From the NCBI RefSeq assembly GCF_006345805.1, contig NC_042999.1:122760001-122824000 (forward strand): a DNA stretch of 64,000 nt. Direction: 5' to 3'. The position numbers and the translations under genes were made by a program. Positions 62,871 through 64,000 of this stretch are shown here, one piece after another. Positions within the stretch are counted from its first letter, which is position 1. Each line of letters begins with the position of its first letter. A model generated the notes under the pieces. The model did no database searches. It saw only the letters and a program-made list of their open reading frames with translations, and had not been told where the DNA came from. The DNA comes from Octopus sinensis (Eukaryota).

Positions 62871-63426
62871 TTATGCTTTTCTCTACTATATAACTTCAAA
62901 TCAAAACTAGTTTTAAAATTATTATAATGTGTCACCGAATGTTAAATAATCAGATAGCAAAAGTTAAGGTTTCTTAGCTAACATCCATCTAAATACTAAA
63001 TTATTTTTGTTGACTGCATAGTCAGTATAGTCAAGAATGACGTTGAAATTATAATCACTATATTTAGCACCAATAATTACTTGTACAACTACCCTACTGG
63101 ATATATCTATGCTCTCTCTCTTTCTTGCTATCTGTCTCTTTCTATTTGTCTCTCTCCCTCTCACACACATGACTAACAACCATACATGCACACACATGTA
63201 CATTCATTCACAAACATCTGATAATGTCGATATGCTGATGAAACCCAGCATCCTATCAAATCATCAAAGTTAAAACACTCCAAAACTACTTCACTACATT
63301 TGACAAAAGTAGCCTAATGGAGAAATATTCCTGAATCTATCGCAAGAGAGTTGTAGGCAATTTCATTCATACACTTGTACACACAAATGCATGCACATAC
63401 ACACATACACACACATGTACACAGTC

Positions 63427-63463
<37 letters not shown>

Positions 63464-64000
63464 CTCACATTCTTGCTTACACCATATAAGCATATACACA
63501 GACACACACTCATCTGCTCATAGATTCACACATGTTCAAGCAATAGTAATACAAAAGAACTGAACATTAAATCAGCAATGAAGGTGATGTGTTGGCATTG
63601 GATTCAACAATTCCCATCAGATCGTGGAAACTAAGTAGTGACAGGCCATGTCAGTACTCAGTTCAATGGTTATTCAGAAAACCTATCTAATTATTAACCA
63701 GCTACTTGATGTAAATATCTAATCCATGTTTTATTATTTCAGAATAGTAAATTCATAACCTTACATGTTATAAAAGTTGGCTGATGAGAAGAATTTCTTG
63801 CCTTTATGCATAAACAGTTTTGAGTAATAAAAAAATGACCTTCTGAAAACATAACACATCTTATCGAGTTTATATCACACACACACACACACATAAAAGA
63901 AATATGTACATACATACATACATGCATATATATATATATATTATATATATATATATATCATTAGAGTTATCTAAAAGAATTTCTATCCATTACTCAACAT

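Noticed and set aside
63218-63252. ctgataatgtcgatatgctgatgaaaccc hammerhead-like string
   Set aside because: Core mutated, weak stem II, no stem I partner.

Overview
AT-rich eukaryotic non-genic DNA (intergenic or deep intronic). The repeat content and microsatellite density suggest an octopus or another coleoid cephalopod; this is an inference from recalled repeat families. I found no credible host protein-coding exon. The ORF track is mostly microsatellite, SINE or decayed-transposon noise. The window holds several tRNA-headed SINE families (many with clean target-site duplications, TSDs), decayed non-LTR retrotransposons (R4/Dong, RTE, RTE-X, CR1-group), a rearranged Tc1 (DD34E), a mariner, a hAT MITE and two non-autonomous Helitrons. 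The most notable pattern is a set of at least six apparently unrelated 200-600 bp foldback (inverted-repeat) elements. Several carry recognisable minimal type I hammerhead ribozyme cores (CUGANGA...GAAA, palindromic stem III), which points to Penelope-like inverted pseudo-LTR or retrozyme-like insertions. One (40277-40827) fuses a tRNA-like Pol III head to a hammerhead and has a 12-bp TSD. Coordinates were read by eye and may be off by a few bases.
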